In this document: positions 49,075 through 61,090 of the stretch, in pieces
Position numbering within the stretch: the stretch's first letter is position 1
How the letters are laid out: each line of letters begins with the position of its first letter
Source of the DNA: Squalus acanthias
Taxonomy: Eukaryota
Reading direction: 5' to 3'
Length of the DNA stretch: 64,000 nt
Assembly: GCA_030390025.1 (NCBI GenBank)
Contig: CM059432.1
Coordinates: 41,294,001-41,358,000 of the forward strand
The notes under the pieces: generated by a model
The model's database searches: none
What the model was told of the DNA's origin: nothing
Seen by the model: only the letters and a program-made list of their open reading frames with translations
Made by a program: the position numbers and the translations under genes

Positions 49075-50442
49075 TAGAGATTAATTAAAATGGTTTCATT
49101 TTTAATGCTTTCTGTCAGCATCTTTTATTGCTTTTCAAAATGGCTCAAGTTTTAAGCATTAAATAATGTCAGGAAGTTCTTTGTTTGAAGATTGATTTCT
49201 TTAGGAATTGTGTAAAACTTAGTCAATTTCGTATAAAAGTATGATAGGTTTTCAGAATAGAGACTAAGGTATAGCTTAAAATTTAGCAATGATTAACATC
49301 TGCAGGACAGGCCTTTGGTATAGAGGCTGTGCAGGTGGAGGTGACTCAATCGCTTGGTTTATTTAGTAATACGGATTGAGTTCAGAGCTGCCGTTCTCTA
49401 CACAGTGAGTTCTTGATTTTGGTACATTGTCAGGAAAAGGGAAGAAAAATTAGACTGCGGGCAAGATTTCTGTTTGAAAGTAAACTACGGAATGGTTGTT
49501 CTTCTCCATAATAAAAGCAGGCTTCCTCTCATTGCTGGTTTCAATATGGAACTTCAACCCCACCCCTCCCCGTCCCCAAGGAAATCAACATGAGGCTGTA
49601 CTCACACACCTCTTAGTGATTAAGAAGCGGTATTCACTGAGGTCTGGGAGTAGTGATTCCAAACTGCCATTGTTATCTGGGAAATGGTGTGTGGCAGGAG
49701 AAGTCTAAAGGAAAAGAAATAATTTTAAAAATTGAAGAAATAGAATTAAAAAAAATAAAAATATATATATATAAACAGGTTGTGCAATATTTCCCAGAAT
49801 CTGCTCTTGGCAAAATACATACTCAGTATGTTATGCTTTGAGTTAGATGGTGAAAATACATTCAGGTCCTACATCGCTATCACTTCCATAAAACCCTTTG
49901 TCCATATCTCATTGCCACCATGTTTACGCACACTCACTTGTTTAAAGAGTGAAGGCTTTGAGCAATTTGTTTATCCTCCTTTCTCTAGTACAGTACACAC
50001 AGGCACCTGTTTGTCATTCAATCAGACCTCATATTGAAGCAGCCAAGAAACCATTTTGTGAAGTAACCCAACAGTTGATTTTGTTGTCGTGCAGCACTGC
50101 TGCCATTGCTGCAGCCTGCAGTGTGAGGGTGTCTTCCATGGTGTTGAAGAATCCATGCCATGAAAGTGAATTGCAGCACTGTGCTTTCCTTGGGTGTGAT
50201 GAAATAACTGGGAGTTACAGGGCACATTCTTTAACAATGTCATAACAAGCAAAAGTGAAGGTCAAACTGTTTACAAATAGTGGTAGAATCTCAAGATAGG
50301 GTTACTGTCTTGATATTAATGATATGTATAGTATATTTGTGTTTTAACTTATCTTACTGTTTGTGATGCTGAATTAAACATAGTAGATGAAATATAAATG
50401 AAAGGGTGGAGTTGAAAGTGATGGGAGACTTGAAGGTACATT

Positions 50443-51103
50443 GGCTTATAAATTTGGCTGCGCAGTGCCTGTTTTCGGGTGCTAACTTGCCTACTAAGTC
50501 CCCAGTGTGGTGGGCAGGAATTGCGCTACCTGCCATATTGGGAAAGGACAAAAAAAAGGCATCCATTACCCACAGCTGAAGCAGACGTTAGGCCTTTTGC
50601 ATATGCAAATAAGGGTCCTAATGCCTGCTTGAGGCTTCCTCTCCAAGGTTGGTTTAACCTGAAGCAGCCAGCACCATCGTTGGCTACACTTAGGGAAACC
50701 AGCCATAGCCTGCCAACCAAGAAGGTAATTAACTTAGCTGAAAGTCGAGATTATACCGATCCCAGACCCTCAGCATCCTCTGCCAATCTCCCGATTGGGC
50801 CCCGCGATTCTCAGACTCCCCATCCCCGGCCCAACCTGATCCTGGACCTGACCCGCAGCCCCAACCCCCAGACCGATCCGATCCCAGACACGATCCCAGG
50901 CCCAACCCTAGGACCCCCTTACCTGAAGTCCACTAGCAGCAGCCAAATATTGCCCAACTCTTCGCTGGCGGGCTATGATGCCACATTAACTCCATTATAA
51001 TGAGGCCTGAGGCCCAAATATCTGGGGAGCCTTGGGCCTCAACATTCAGGTGCGGGGAACGTTCCCTGTGCCCCATGTGCAGGGCGCACCAAATTTCTGG
51101 GCC
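50443..51103. mobile_element. Harbinger-type MITE
   Basis: TIRs GGCTTATAAATTTGG and CCAAATTTCTGGGCC (12/15 match). Flanks ATT and TTT. Confidence 0.6.
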
Positions 51104-51928
51104 TTTGACTCTGTCCACCTCCTGCTTATGTTCCTCCTGCTGATACCTTACTTGCATCACTGACTCGTTGGCTCCACATCCCCAGTCTATTGAATTCAAA
51201 TGCTTGTTCCTACTTACAAACCCCTCTATGACGTTATTCTACTCTACCTCCACAATTTCTTCAGCTCTAAGTCCCAGCTCACACACCCCTTCTCTACTTT
51301 CAGTGGCAGAGCCATCACCCATCACATCCTCGCACTCTGCAACTCTTCTTAAACTCCAGGGCTTGCTGCATCTCTGTCCATCTTTAAAAGCCTTGCTGCA
51401 TCTCTACCCTCTCCTCCTGGAACTCTGGTCTTCCCCCTCAAGTTCCTTCACTTCCTGCTTGTTCACCTCTTTGCTTGTAAAGTGCTCTGATAATTTTTTA
51501 TTCATGGGGAATGATATGTATGTTGTATATAGCATAATATAATTTATACCTAAATAATAATAGGGTAGATATTTATCTTCAGCGTCTGGCTGACAATCTG
51601 GCAGGAGGGTTGCACGCCCTTTATGGAACCTACTTGATTTCCTTCCATTCCTTTCAATGGAATGAAAATCAGGCTAATTCCACAAAGGGCCTGTGAGCCA
51701 TTCTGCCAGATGAAAATGCAAACCTTCCGCAATATTTTTTTTTCGACCAGCAGATAACTGGGCATGAAATTGTGCACTCCATATTCTAAATGATTTTACC
51801 CTTTTAACTTGTATAATGCATAGAAAGTGCTTTAAAATCTCCTGATGGGATGTGGAAGATTCTTTTACCTTTTTGCAATGAAAAATCTTACTATTCATTT
51901 GTGTCCGTGTTACAGATACTGAGACATC

Positions 51929-51985
51929 ATGGGGACACCCAGTCACCAGCACCGTGACAAACTGCTTTTACTTTTTGTTGTACTG
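51929..51985 (+). CDS. CDH17: Probable first coding exon (exon 51916-51985) of cadherin-17: signal-peptide N-terminus MGTPSHQHRDKLLLLFVVL
   Basis: Acceptor TTTGTGTCCGTGTTACAG, good Kozak context ATCATGG, hydrophobic stretch and phase-0 donor CTG|GTAAGT. CDH17 follows GEM on the same strand in the known vertebrate GEM-CDH17-PDP1 block. Identity is inferred from synteny and exon structure; no cadherin repeat is visible in the window. Confidence 0.62.
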
Positions 51986-52856
51986 GTAAGTTTTCATATT
52001 GCATCAGTTTTTATTTTGCAATATATAATTAATTAACATTTTAATAACTGCTTAATGTAAGTGAATTTATACATTTGATGTGACAGAATTTTAGCTGAGG
52101 CATTGTAGCTGAGTTTGAGGTTTTCTAATGTTCTCAGGATTTTATTGGCAAAGTGTGGTGGGCGATCCCCTGGTTCTAACATGGTAGTGAATGTTTCTGC
52201 ACAAATATTTACCTAATTACCTTTTGCCACACCTTCAATGCTGGGAGCCAGGAGTAGATTGCTTAACTGGAATTTGAATTAAGAGACAGACTTCTTTGTT
52301 CAGTTGCAGGAAGGCGGCAATTGAGTAACAGTTTGCCTGGGGAAACAATTCAAACTTCAGCAGCATACCAACTGGCTGTAGGGTTATCTCATTGGACCAC
52401 CAGCTAAACTTTGACACTTATTCCTCTTTAAAAACTGCTAATGTCTCTTTTAATTGTACTTAACCCAGCAAGGAACAATAGGCGTTTTGTTAAACATTGA
52501 ATTTATTGGTAGGTGGAGAATTCATTAGAAAGTTTGAAGCCTTAAACACACTCATACGTGCCACCCTAGAAAACTAGCAAAAGCTGACCAACAGTTTCAA
52601 AAGAGCTGACAACTCTGAAAAACTGCCCTAAATATAGATCCATGACATGCATAAACAAATTGTTACAAGTGGCTCTTTCAAACATTAATGCCAATAACAT
52701 GGTTATGTAGAGACATTACAGCTGGTCAATGAATGGCACGGAAGGACAAAGTTAAGCATTAAAAGGTTTTAATACAGTCAGATTGCCCTTAATTCCAGAA
52801 TAGATAAAGAGGTTAAAAAAATTTCTGAGACAAGCTTATACAATCAAAACACTATT

Positions 52857-53467
52857 GGGGGAGGTTGACGATTTTAACTGGCAGGAGAGTGCCGACGGGA
52901 AGCCGCTGGTTTCAGTTAGATTTCCTCCTACCCAGCAGAATGAGGCCACGGCGATTTTAACTGCTGAGCCTCATTGACATGCTACTGGACTACTTCCCGC
53001 CTGGAATGGGCAGGCAGCAGCTGTTGGTCTTTGGAAATTCGGGCGGCCCTTGGCTGGCCATCAGCAGTCAGGTAAATGTGGGGACTTGGGTTCTGGGAGG
53101 GGTCTTGCGTCATCGCACTCCTGCTCCTCCTGCCACCACAAAGGAAAGTTAAAAACTTAGCTTGAATGGCCCCTTCTGCTTCCGATCCTCTTCTCACTTG
53201 ACTTCACCTGGCAGGAAAAGCCACAGTGGCTTCCCCGCTCAGTCCGGGGTTAAAATTGCAGTTGGGTCCCGCTGACATCATTGTGCCCTGATCTGCATAT
53301 CTAAAAAAGAATCCCGCCAGCTTCAGGCGGATGCTTTTGCCACCTGCTCAGAAGAGCTGGTTAAAATTGAAGATAGTGGGATCCAGGCAGGACATCGGCG
53401 GGCAAGCCACCTGGTCAATTTTAACTGACCACCCACCCAGTTGCTCAGTAGGTTTAAAATCGGCCCC
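52857..53467. mobile_element. Harbinger-type MITE (degenerate)
   Basis: GGGGGAG..GATTTTAA at the left end and TTAAAATCGGCCCC at the right end. Confidence 0.5.
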
Positions 53468-53876
53468 TATTAACTTAATATTTCTGCAGTTAGTCAATTT
53501 AATTTCTCTGCACGAGTCCTGACTTGTTTCATTCCTCAAACAGAATGTCAAATCATTAAATCAAACAGAAATTCCATTATCGTTCCTTTCTGCCCAGTCT
53601 CCAAACTCCTCAAAATTTGAAACTCCTCCCCTTTGAAGATTGCTATTTCCACCTTTTATTGTACTTAACCCAGCAAAGGCTGTTTCTGTTTATAGTCAAT
53701 AGGCATTTTATAAAACATTGAATTTATTATTAGGTGGAGAATCTATTAGAATGTTTGCTGAAGGTTTGTCTCCTCTCCCCCTAACCTGATTCATCTCTCT
53801 GTGACAGTCCTTCAATTAAAGGGCAATCTCTCTGACTTAGTTTCCCAGTCGTCACAGCCTGATTAGTCTTTCTTTT

Positions 53877-54260
53877 GGGGAGAAATTCGGTACCTTAGCG
53901 CCTCCTATTAGCACCTCTGGGGGCGTTAACGGGGCGCTACCGGCTTTGCGATCGGGCGCGGTGATAGTACCGACGCCCACAAAATTAACATGGAGGTTTG
54001 CGGCGGAGGTAATCACTAGCGCCACGATCTCCTGCGCCTGGAGATAGTGATATCATTGCCGTGCACATCGCCCCGGTAGCGCCCCAGACACGAACTTCGG
54101 TTCGGCCCCCTCATTGCCGGGTGACAACACCGACAGCTGCAGGAGGCTGGGAGCTTCGGAGGCGCAAATAAAAGGGGATGTTGGCGCGGGTAAGAGAAAA
54201 ATTTTAACAATGTTACTATTGATTTTTTTTGATTCCTCCTGGGCCGTGAGTTATACATTC
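53877..54260. mobile_element. Partial MITE related to Harbinger #2
   Basis: TTT then GGGGAGAAATTCGG..TTAGCGCC..TTAGCACC..GGCGTTAA..GGCGCTA, matching the subterminal motif pattern of #2. Confidence 0.6.
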
Positions 54261-54930
54261 TCACCACCCAAGGGTAAAGAAGTTTCTTCTGAATTCCCTA
54301 TTTGATTTCTTAGTGACTATCTTATATTGATGGCCTCTAGTTATGCTCTTCCCCACAAGTGGAAACATTCTCTCTGTATCCACTCTATCAAAACTTTTGA
54401 TAATTTTATAGACCTCTATTAAGTCACCCCTCAGCCTTCTTTTTTCAAGAGAAAAGAGACCCAGCCTGTTCACCCTTTCCTGATATGTATACCCTCGCAT
54501 TTCTGGTATCATCCTTGTAAATCTTCTCTGCACCCTCTCCAGTGCCTCTATATCCTTTTTATAATATGGTGACCAGAATTGCACGCAGTACTCCAAGTGT
54601 GGTCTAAGTCTAACCAAGGTTCGATACAGGTTTAGCATAACTTCCCTACTTTTCAATTCAATCCCTCTAGAAATAAACCCTAGTGCTTGGTTTGCATTTT
54701 TAATGCCTTTGCTAACCTGTGTCGCAACTTTTAGTGCTTTGTGTATTTGTATTCCGAGATCCCTTTGTTGCTCTACCCCACCTAGACTCACACCCTCCAA
54801 GTGATAAGTGACCTCCCTATTCTTCCTATCAAAATGTAATACCTCACATTCGTCTGTGTTGAACTTCATTTGCCAATTATTTGCCCATTCTGCAAGTTTA
54901 TTAATGTTCTCCTGTAATTTGTTGCAGTAC

Positions 54931-55640
54931 TTCTTCTCTTCTTCTTCTTAAAAGTGAGAAGTCGCACAACACCAGGTTATAGTCCAACAGTTTTATTTGA
55001 AATCACAAGCTTTCGGAGCGGCTGCTCCTTCTTCTTCTTAGGCAGTCCCTCGGAACCGAGGATGACTTGCTTCCAAACTAAAAATGAGTTCTCAGGTGAC
55101 TGATGAGTCCAATGCGGGACCTACAGTCTCTGTCACAGGTGGGGCAGACGGTGGTTGAAGGGGCGGGTGGGTGGGGTGCTTGGGTTGACGTGCACTCCTT
55201 GCGCTGCCTGCACTTGGCTTCCGCTTGCTCCCGGCGAAAAGACTCGAGGTGTTCGGCGCCTTCCCGGATGCTTCTCCTCCACTTTGTGCGGTCTTGGGCC
55301 AGGGATTCCCAGGTGTCGGTGGGGATGTTGCACTTTTTCAAGGAGGCTTTGAGGTGTCCTTGAAGCATTTCCTCTGCCCACCTGGGGCTGTCTTGCCGTG
55401 TCGGAGCTCCGAGTAGAGCGCTTGTTTTGGGAGTCTCGTATCGGGCATGCGGACGATGTGGCCCCTCCATCGGAGCTGATCATGCGTGGTCAAAGCTTCA
55501 ATGCTGGGGATGTTGGCCTGAGCGAGAACACTGACGTTGGTGCGCCTATCCTGCCAATGGATTTGCAGGATCTTGCGGAGGCAGCATTGGTGGTACCTCT
55601 CCAGTTCTTTGAGGTGCCTGCTGTACATGGTCCATTGTAC
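54931..55640 (-). mobile_element. RTE-clade LINE 3' fragment with (GAA)n tail
   Basis: LERYHQCCLRKILQIHWQDRRTNVSVL..QLRW.GHIVRMPDTRLPKQALYSEL, and the C-terminal CPTCDRDCRSRIGLISHLRTH zinc finger. Confidence 0.9.
54951..55030 (-). mobile_element. Short Penelope-like 3' fragment inserted in the RTE tail, with a partial hammerhead
   Basis: Near-identical to about 57310-57390. Flanked by duplicated CTTCTTCTTA. Confidence 0.85.
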
Positions 55641-55829
55641 ATGTACATTGATTATCCCTCCCAATTTGGTATCATCCGCAAATTTAGAAATCGTATTTTT
55701 GATTCCAAAGTCTAAACCGTTAATGTAAATTGTGAACAGCAGTGGTCCCGGCACTGATCATTGTGGAACACCACTACCCACCTTCTGCCACTGTGAATAG
55801 CTATCCTTTACCCCTACTCTCTGCTTTCT

Positions 55830-56930
55830 GTCTGATAGATAATGGGATTTCAGTAGTCAGAAGTTGTTGATAAGGTTTCTCATAAGAGGCTTGTTAGAAA
55901 AACTCAGGCATATGGTATAAATCGAAATGTAGCAGCATGGATAGAAAATTGGTTGATAGACAGGAAACAAAAAGTTAGAGTAAATGTGTGTTGCTTCGAT
56001 TGGAGAAGAATTGGAAGTGACGTACCTTAGGGACCAGTGCTGGGTCCAATTTTGTTTTCAGTATATGTAACTAATTTGTACTTGGGTTTCAGGATTGTAA
56101 TCTCTAAATTTTCTGATGACACAAAGCTAGGAAGTTTGGAAAACAGTGAGGAGGATTATAAAAGACTTTGGGATAATATAGACATGTTAGAGGAATGGGC
56201 AGACAGGTGGCAGATGTGATTTAATGTGGATAAGAGTGAGGTAACACATTTTGGGAGGAAAAACAAGGAATGGTAATATATACTCATGGGAAACATGAGC
56301 TGAGAGGGTAGGAGAAAGAGTGGTCATGAATAGAGCAACCTAGGAGTTCAAATATATAATTCCCTGAAAGTACCAGTGCAGGTAAATGAAACCATAAAAA
56401 ATACCAGAAACATTTTGGGTTTTATAAATAGGGACATAGAGTACCAAAATAAAGATGTAATGATGAATTTGTACAGTACTGTATGCAGTTCTGGATGTCT
56501 TATTAAGAAGATATATTAAAGCCACAGAGCGCATACAGCCTGTTGATGTTAGGGATGGGAAACTGTAGTTATGAGGTGAGACTGGAGATAATTAAACTAT
56601 TTCTACTGGAGCAGAGAAGGCACAGAGGAGATTTAATAAAGTTTTATTTAAAATTATGATGGGTTTTGATAGAGTGAATAAGGAAAGACTATTTCCTCTA
56701 ATTGAGGAGTCAGTAATCGGGGCTTATTCATCTAAAATCATCACTTTAATGCACAGAGAGGTTAGGAGAAATTTCTTTACATAGGCGATTGTTGAAGCAT
56801 GGAATACTTTGCAAAACGGAGTGGTAGAGACAGAGACCATTGTACCTTTTACAGGATAATTGGATAAGTATTTGAAGCGGAGGAAGATATAAGGTTATAA
56901 GGAAAGTGCAGGGCAGTGGATTGCTCTAAC
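55830..56930 (+). mobile_element. Old degenerate CR1 ORF2
   Basis: DKVSHKRL..., LGPILF..SKFSDDTKLG..WADRWQM, with multiple stops. Confidence 0.8.
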
Positions 56931-57302
56931 ATAAAGCTGGCATAGACATGTAAACTAAAGGGTACAATCCTAAAGGGGGTGCATGAACAGAGAGACCTGG
57001 GGCTATATGTACACAAATCGTTGAAGGTGGCAGGGGAGGTTGAGAAAGCAGTTAAAATAGCATATGGGATCCTGGGCTTCATAAATAGAAGCATAGAGTA
57101 CAAAAGGAAGGAAGTTATGATGAACCTTTATAAAACACTGGTTCGGCCTCAACTGGAGTATTGTATCCAATTCTGGGCACTGCACTTTAGGAAGGGTGTG
57201 AAGGCCTTAGAGAAGGTGCAGCAAAGATTTACGAGAATGGTTCCAGGATGAGGGGCTTCAGTTACGTGGATAGACTGGAGAAGCTGGGGTTGTTCTCCTT
57301 AG

Positions 57303-58294
57303 ACAAAATTGAGAGGTCGCACAACACCAGGTTATAGTCCAACAGTTTTATTTGAAATCACAAGCTTTCGGAGCTATCGATTGCTCCTTCCTCAGGTGAA
57401 GTAAATTAGATACAGAATCGCCAAAGCATATATAGATAGAAAACAAAGCATGTGTACCTTACAATTGCAGACCACTAAATTAAATCATCCTGACTATCTG
57501 CCGAGGTGTGATAAAGTTAATTAAGTCAGCCAGGAAGGTACCACATCAAAGACATAGCAAGATACAACTGAGACAATGAGGTGTAGTCGCAGGGATTCTA
57601 ACGTGTCAAAAGCTGCCGTCTGTATGTAAAACGAAAAGCTTTAAAATTTTTACTTTTTTACTGGGAAAATTTTTACTTTTTTACTGGGAATCACATCTGT
57701 GAACAAGCTAACAACGACTCGAGTCCGGATCACGTCATGTATCATGACATAAACCCAAGATCCCGATTGAGACCGTCTTCATGAGTGCGGAACTTGGCTA
57801 TCAGTTTCTGCTCGATGATTTTGCGTTGTCGTGTGTTTCTAAGGTTGCCTTGGAGAACGCTTACCCGCAGATCCGAGGCTGAATGTCCTTGACTGCTGAA
57901 GTGTTCCCCGACTGGGAGTTAACAATCCTGCCTGGCGATTGTTGCGCGGTGCTCGTTCATACGTTGTCTCAGTGTCTGCATGGTCTCGCCGATGTACCAT
58001 GCCGCGGTGCATTCTTTCCTGCAACGTATGAGGTAGACAACGTTGGCCGAGTCACATGAGTATGTACCATGTACCTGGTGGGTAGTGTCCTCACGTGTGA
58101 TGGTGGTATCTGTGTTGATGATCTGGCATGTCTTGCAGAGTTTGCCATGGCAGGGTTGTGTGGTGTCGTGGTCGCTGTTATCCTGAAAGCTGGGTAATTT
58201 GCTGCGAACGATGGTACTTCTGAGGTTAGGCGGCTGTTTGAAGGCAAGTAGTGGAGGCGTGGGGATGGCCTTAGCGAGGTGTTTGTCGTCCTCC
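57303..58294 (-). mobile_element. Penelope-like retroelement, 5'-truncated, with GIY-YIG endonuclease remnant
   Basis: Minus strand reads YSCDSANVVYLIRCRKECTAAWYIGETMQTLRQRMNEHR...PVGEHFSSQGHS, with one stop. Perfect 12-bp TSD TGTTCTCCTTAG at 57291-57302 and 58295-58306. Confidence 0.92.
57358..57399 (-). ncRNA. Minimal type I hammerhead ribozyme motif in the Penelope-like terminal region
   Basis: Minus strand: UCAC CUGAGGA A GGAGC-AAUCGAUA-GCUCC GAA AGCU U GUGA. This gives stem I UCAC/GUGA, core CUGANGA...GAAA, stem II GGAGC/GCUCC and a palindromic AGCU stem III. Confidence 0.75.
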
Positions 58295-58537
58295 TGTTCT
58301 CCTTAGAGCAGAGAAGGTTGAGAGGAGATTTGATAGAGGTGTTCAAAATCATGAAGGGTCTAGACAGAGTCGATAGAGAGAAACTGTTCCCATTGGCGGA
58401 AGGGTCAAGAACCAGAGGACACAGATTTAATGTGATTGGCAAAAGAACCAAAGGCAACATGAAGAAAAACTTTTTTACACAGCAAGTGGTTAGGATTTGG
58501 AATGCACTGCCTGAAAGAGTGGTGGAGGCAGACTCAT

Positions 58538-61090
58538 AGAATCATAGAATCATAGAAAGTTACAGCACGGAAGAAGGACATTTTGGCCCATTGTGTTCGC
58601 GTCGGCCAACAAAGAGCTATCCAGCCTAATCCCACTTCCCAGCTCTTGGTCTGTAGCCCTGCAGGTTACCGCATCCCAAGTGAACATCCAAGTACTTTTT
58701 AAATGTGGTTAGGGTTTCTGCCTCTACCACCCTTTCAGGCAGTGAGTTCCAGACCCCCACAACCCTCTGGGTGAAGAAATTTCCCCTCAAATCCTCTCTA
58801 AACCTTCCACCAATTACTTTAAATCTGTGCCCCCTGGCTTTTGACCCCCCCTGCTAAGGGAAATAGGTCCTTTCTATCCACTTTATCTAGGCCCCTCATA
58901 CTTTTATACACCTCAATAAGGTCTCCCCTCAGCCTCCTCTGTTCCAAGGAAAACAAATCAAGCCTATCCAGTCTTTCCTCATAGCTAAGATTCTCTACTC
59001 CTGGCAACATCCTTGTAAATCTCCTCTGTACCCTCTCCAGTGCAATCACATCTTTCCTGTAATGTGGTGACCAGAACTGCACGCAATACTCTAGCTGAGG
59101 CCTAACTAGTGTTTTATACAGTTGAAGCATAACTCCCCTGCTCTTGTATTCTATGCCACGGCTAATAAAGGCAAGCATTCCGTATGCCTTCTTAACCATC
59201 TTATCTACTTAGCCTGCTACCTTCAGGGATCTGTGGACATGCACTCCAAAGTCCCTTTGTTCCTCTACACTACTCAGTGTCCTACCATTTAATGTGTATT
59301 CCCTTTCCTTGTTAGCCCTCCCCAAATGCATTACCTCACACTTCTCCGATTGAATTCCATTTGCCACTGTTCTGTCCACCTGACCAATTTATTGATATCT
59401 TCCTGCAGTCTACAGCTTCCTTCTTCAGTATCAACCACACAGCTGATTTTAGTATCATCTGCAAACTTCTTAATCATACCCCCTATATTCAAGTCTAGAT
59501 CATTGATATATACCACAAAAAGCAAGGGACCTAGTACTGAGCCCTGCGGAACCCCACTGGAAACAGCCTTCCAGTCACAAACACACCCATCAACCATTAC
59601 CCTCTGCTTCCTGTCTCTGAGCCAGTTTTGAATCCAACTTGACACTTTGGGGGAAAAATTCAGTTGGTTGCGCCTCCCTTTAGCGCCTTAAGAGGGCGCT
59701 AATGGGGCGCAAAGCAGCTAGCGCCCGGGCGCGGCGAAGTTTCCGCCGCTCGCGAAATTAACTAGACATTTTGCGGCGGCACTAAACACTACCGCCACGA
59801 TCTCCTGTGCCGGCAGATCATGACGTCACTCGAGTGCGCAACGCCCCGGTATCGCCCCGGAGCGGATATTGAGTGGCACCCCCTGCCTTACCGCCTGACG
59901 CTAGCAACGACAGGTTGAGGGGAGCGTTCTGCAGTCATGAAGGGAAAGGGGGAGCGCTATTTAAAGGTGACTGCTTCCTGCCTTTTATTGTTGGTGCCAT
60001 TTTTGAACTACGCATTCTGAGAGAGAGAGAGAGAGAGAGACTTCTGGAGAGATTCAACGTTGTGTGAAGGAGTTTTGGGTACTGAGCAGCACTTTGCAGG
60101 TTCATTTTGATTTGCCATTCCTTGTATCGATTGAGAAGAGACTGTGGGGACTGCACTCTGAGCTCTTTGCCTGGTACTCTCCATTGCTCTTTCCAGCACA
60201 TTTGATGTGCAGGTCTCTCCAGGCCGAGATTCAAGGCTGCAATGAGCAGGATGTGGATGGAAAGCAAGATTAACCATCCCCTTTAAGAACTGGCCCGTGC
60301 CATTGTGTGTGTGTTCCATTGCTGACTGACATTACATGAGCTTCGCCAGCGCTCCGAGTTAGCGCCTCGCTCCTCGGCCTTTGCGCCTTAAGACAGGTGT
60401 GAAGTGCCTGATTTAGCGCTCCAATCACCTCCCGGGGCGTTAAAAGTGAAGTTTCCAGTCAGTGGCGATAATTAGCGCCAGGCGCTAATCTTTGCGCCCG
60501 GACGATATTTGCGCCCCAAATGGGGCGCGACTGAATTTTTCCCCCTTTGTCCTGGACCTCATGGGCTTTTAACTTCATGACCAGTCTGCCATGTGGAACC
60601 TTATCAAAAGCCTTCCTAAAGTCAATATACACTACATCAAACACACTACCCTCATCTACCCTCCTTGTTACCTCCTCAAAAAATTCAATCAAGTTTGTCA
60701 GACACGACCTTCCCTTAACAAATCCGTGCTGACTATCCTTGATTAATCTGTGTCTTTCTAAATGAAGATTTATCCTGTCCTTCAGAATTCTTTCCAATAA
60801 TTTTCCCACCACCGAGGTTAGGCTGACTGGCCTGTAATTACTCGGTCTATCCTTTTCTCCCTTTTTAAACAAGGGTACCACATTAACAGTCCTCCAGTCC
60901 TCCGGCACCACACCTGAAGCCAGAGAGGATTGGAAAATGATGGTCAGGGCCTCTGCTATTTCCTCTTTTGCTTCGCTTAACAACCTGGGATACATTTCAT
61001 CCAGGCCTGGGGATTTATCCACTTTTAAAGCTGCTAAACCCCTTAATACTTCCTCTCTCACTATGTTTATTTCATCTAATATTTCACATA
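58538..61090 (-). mobile_element. CR1 RT fragment interrupted by a Harbinger MITE
   Basis: ORF pieces 61061-60546, 59645-59331 and 59199-58819. (CATAGAAT)n tail at about 58538. Confidence 0.92.
59649..60545 (+). mobile_element. Non-autonomous Harbinger (897 bp) of the #2 family, TSD TTT
   Basis: Perfect 16-bp TIR GGGGGAAAAATTCAGT. Removing the element and one TTT restores the CR1 frame HEVQDKVSSWI. Both ends align with the ends of Harbinger #2. Confidence 0.95.

Larger units (their letters stand above)
54261..55830 (-). mobile_element. CR1 fragment interrupted by an RTE insertion
   Basis: RT C-terminus at 54261-54869 (QMKFN..CEVLHF...LEYCVQFW) continues after the insert at 55640-55830 (GPLLFTIYIN..SKFADDTKLG). 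Confidence 0.88.
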
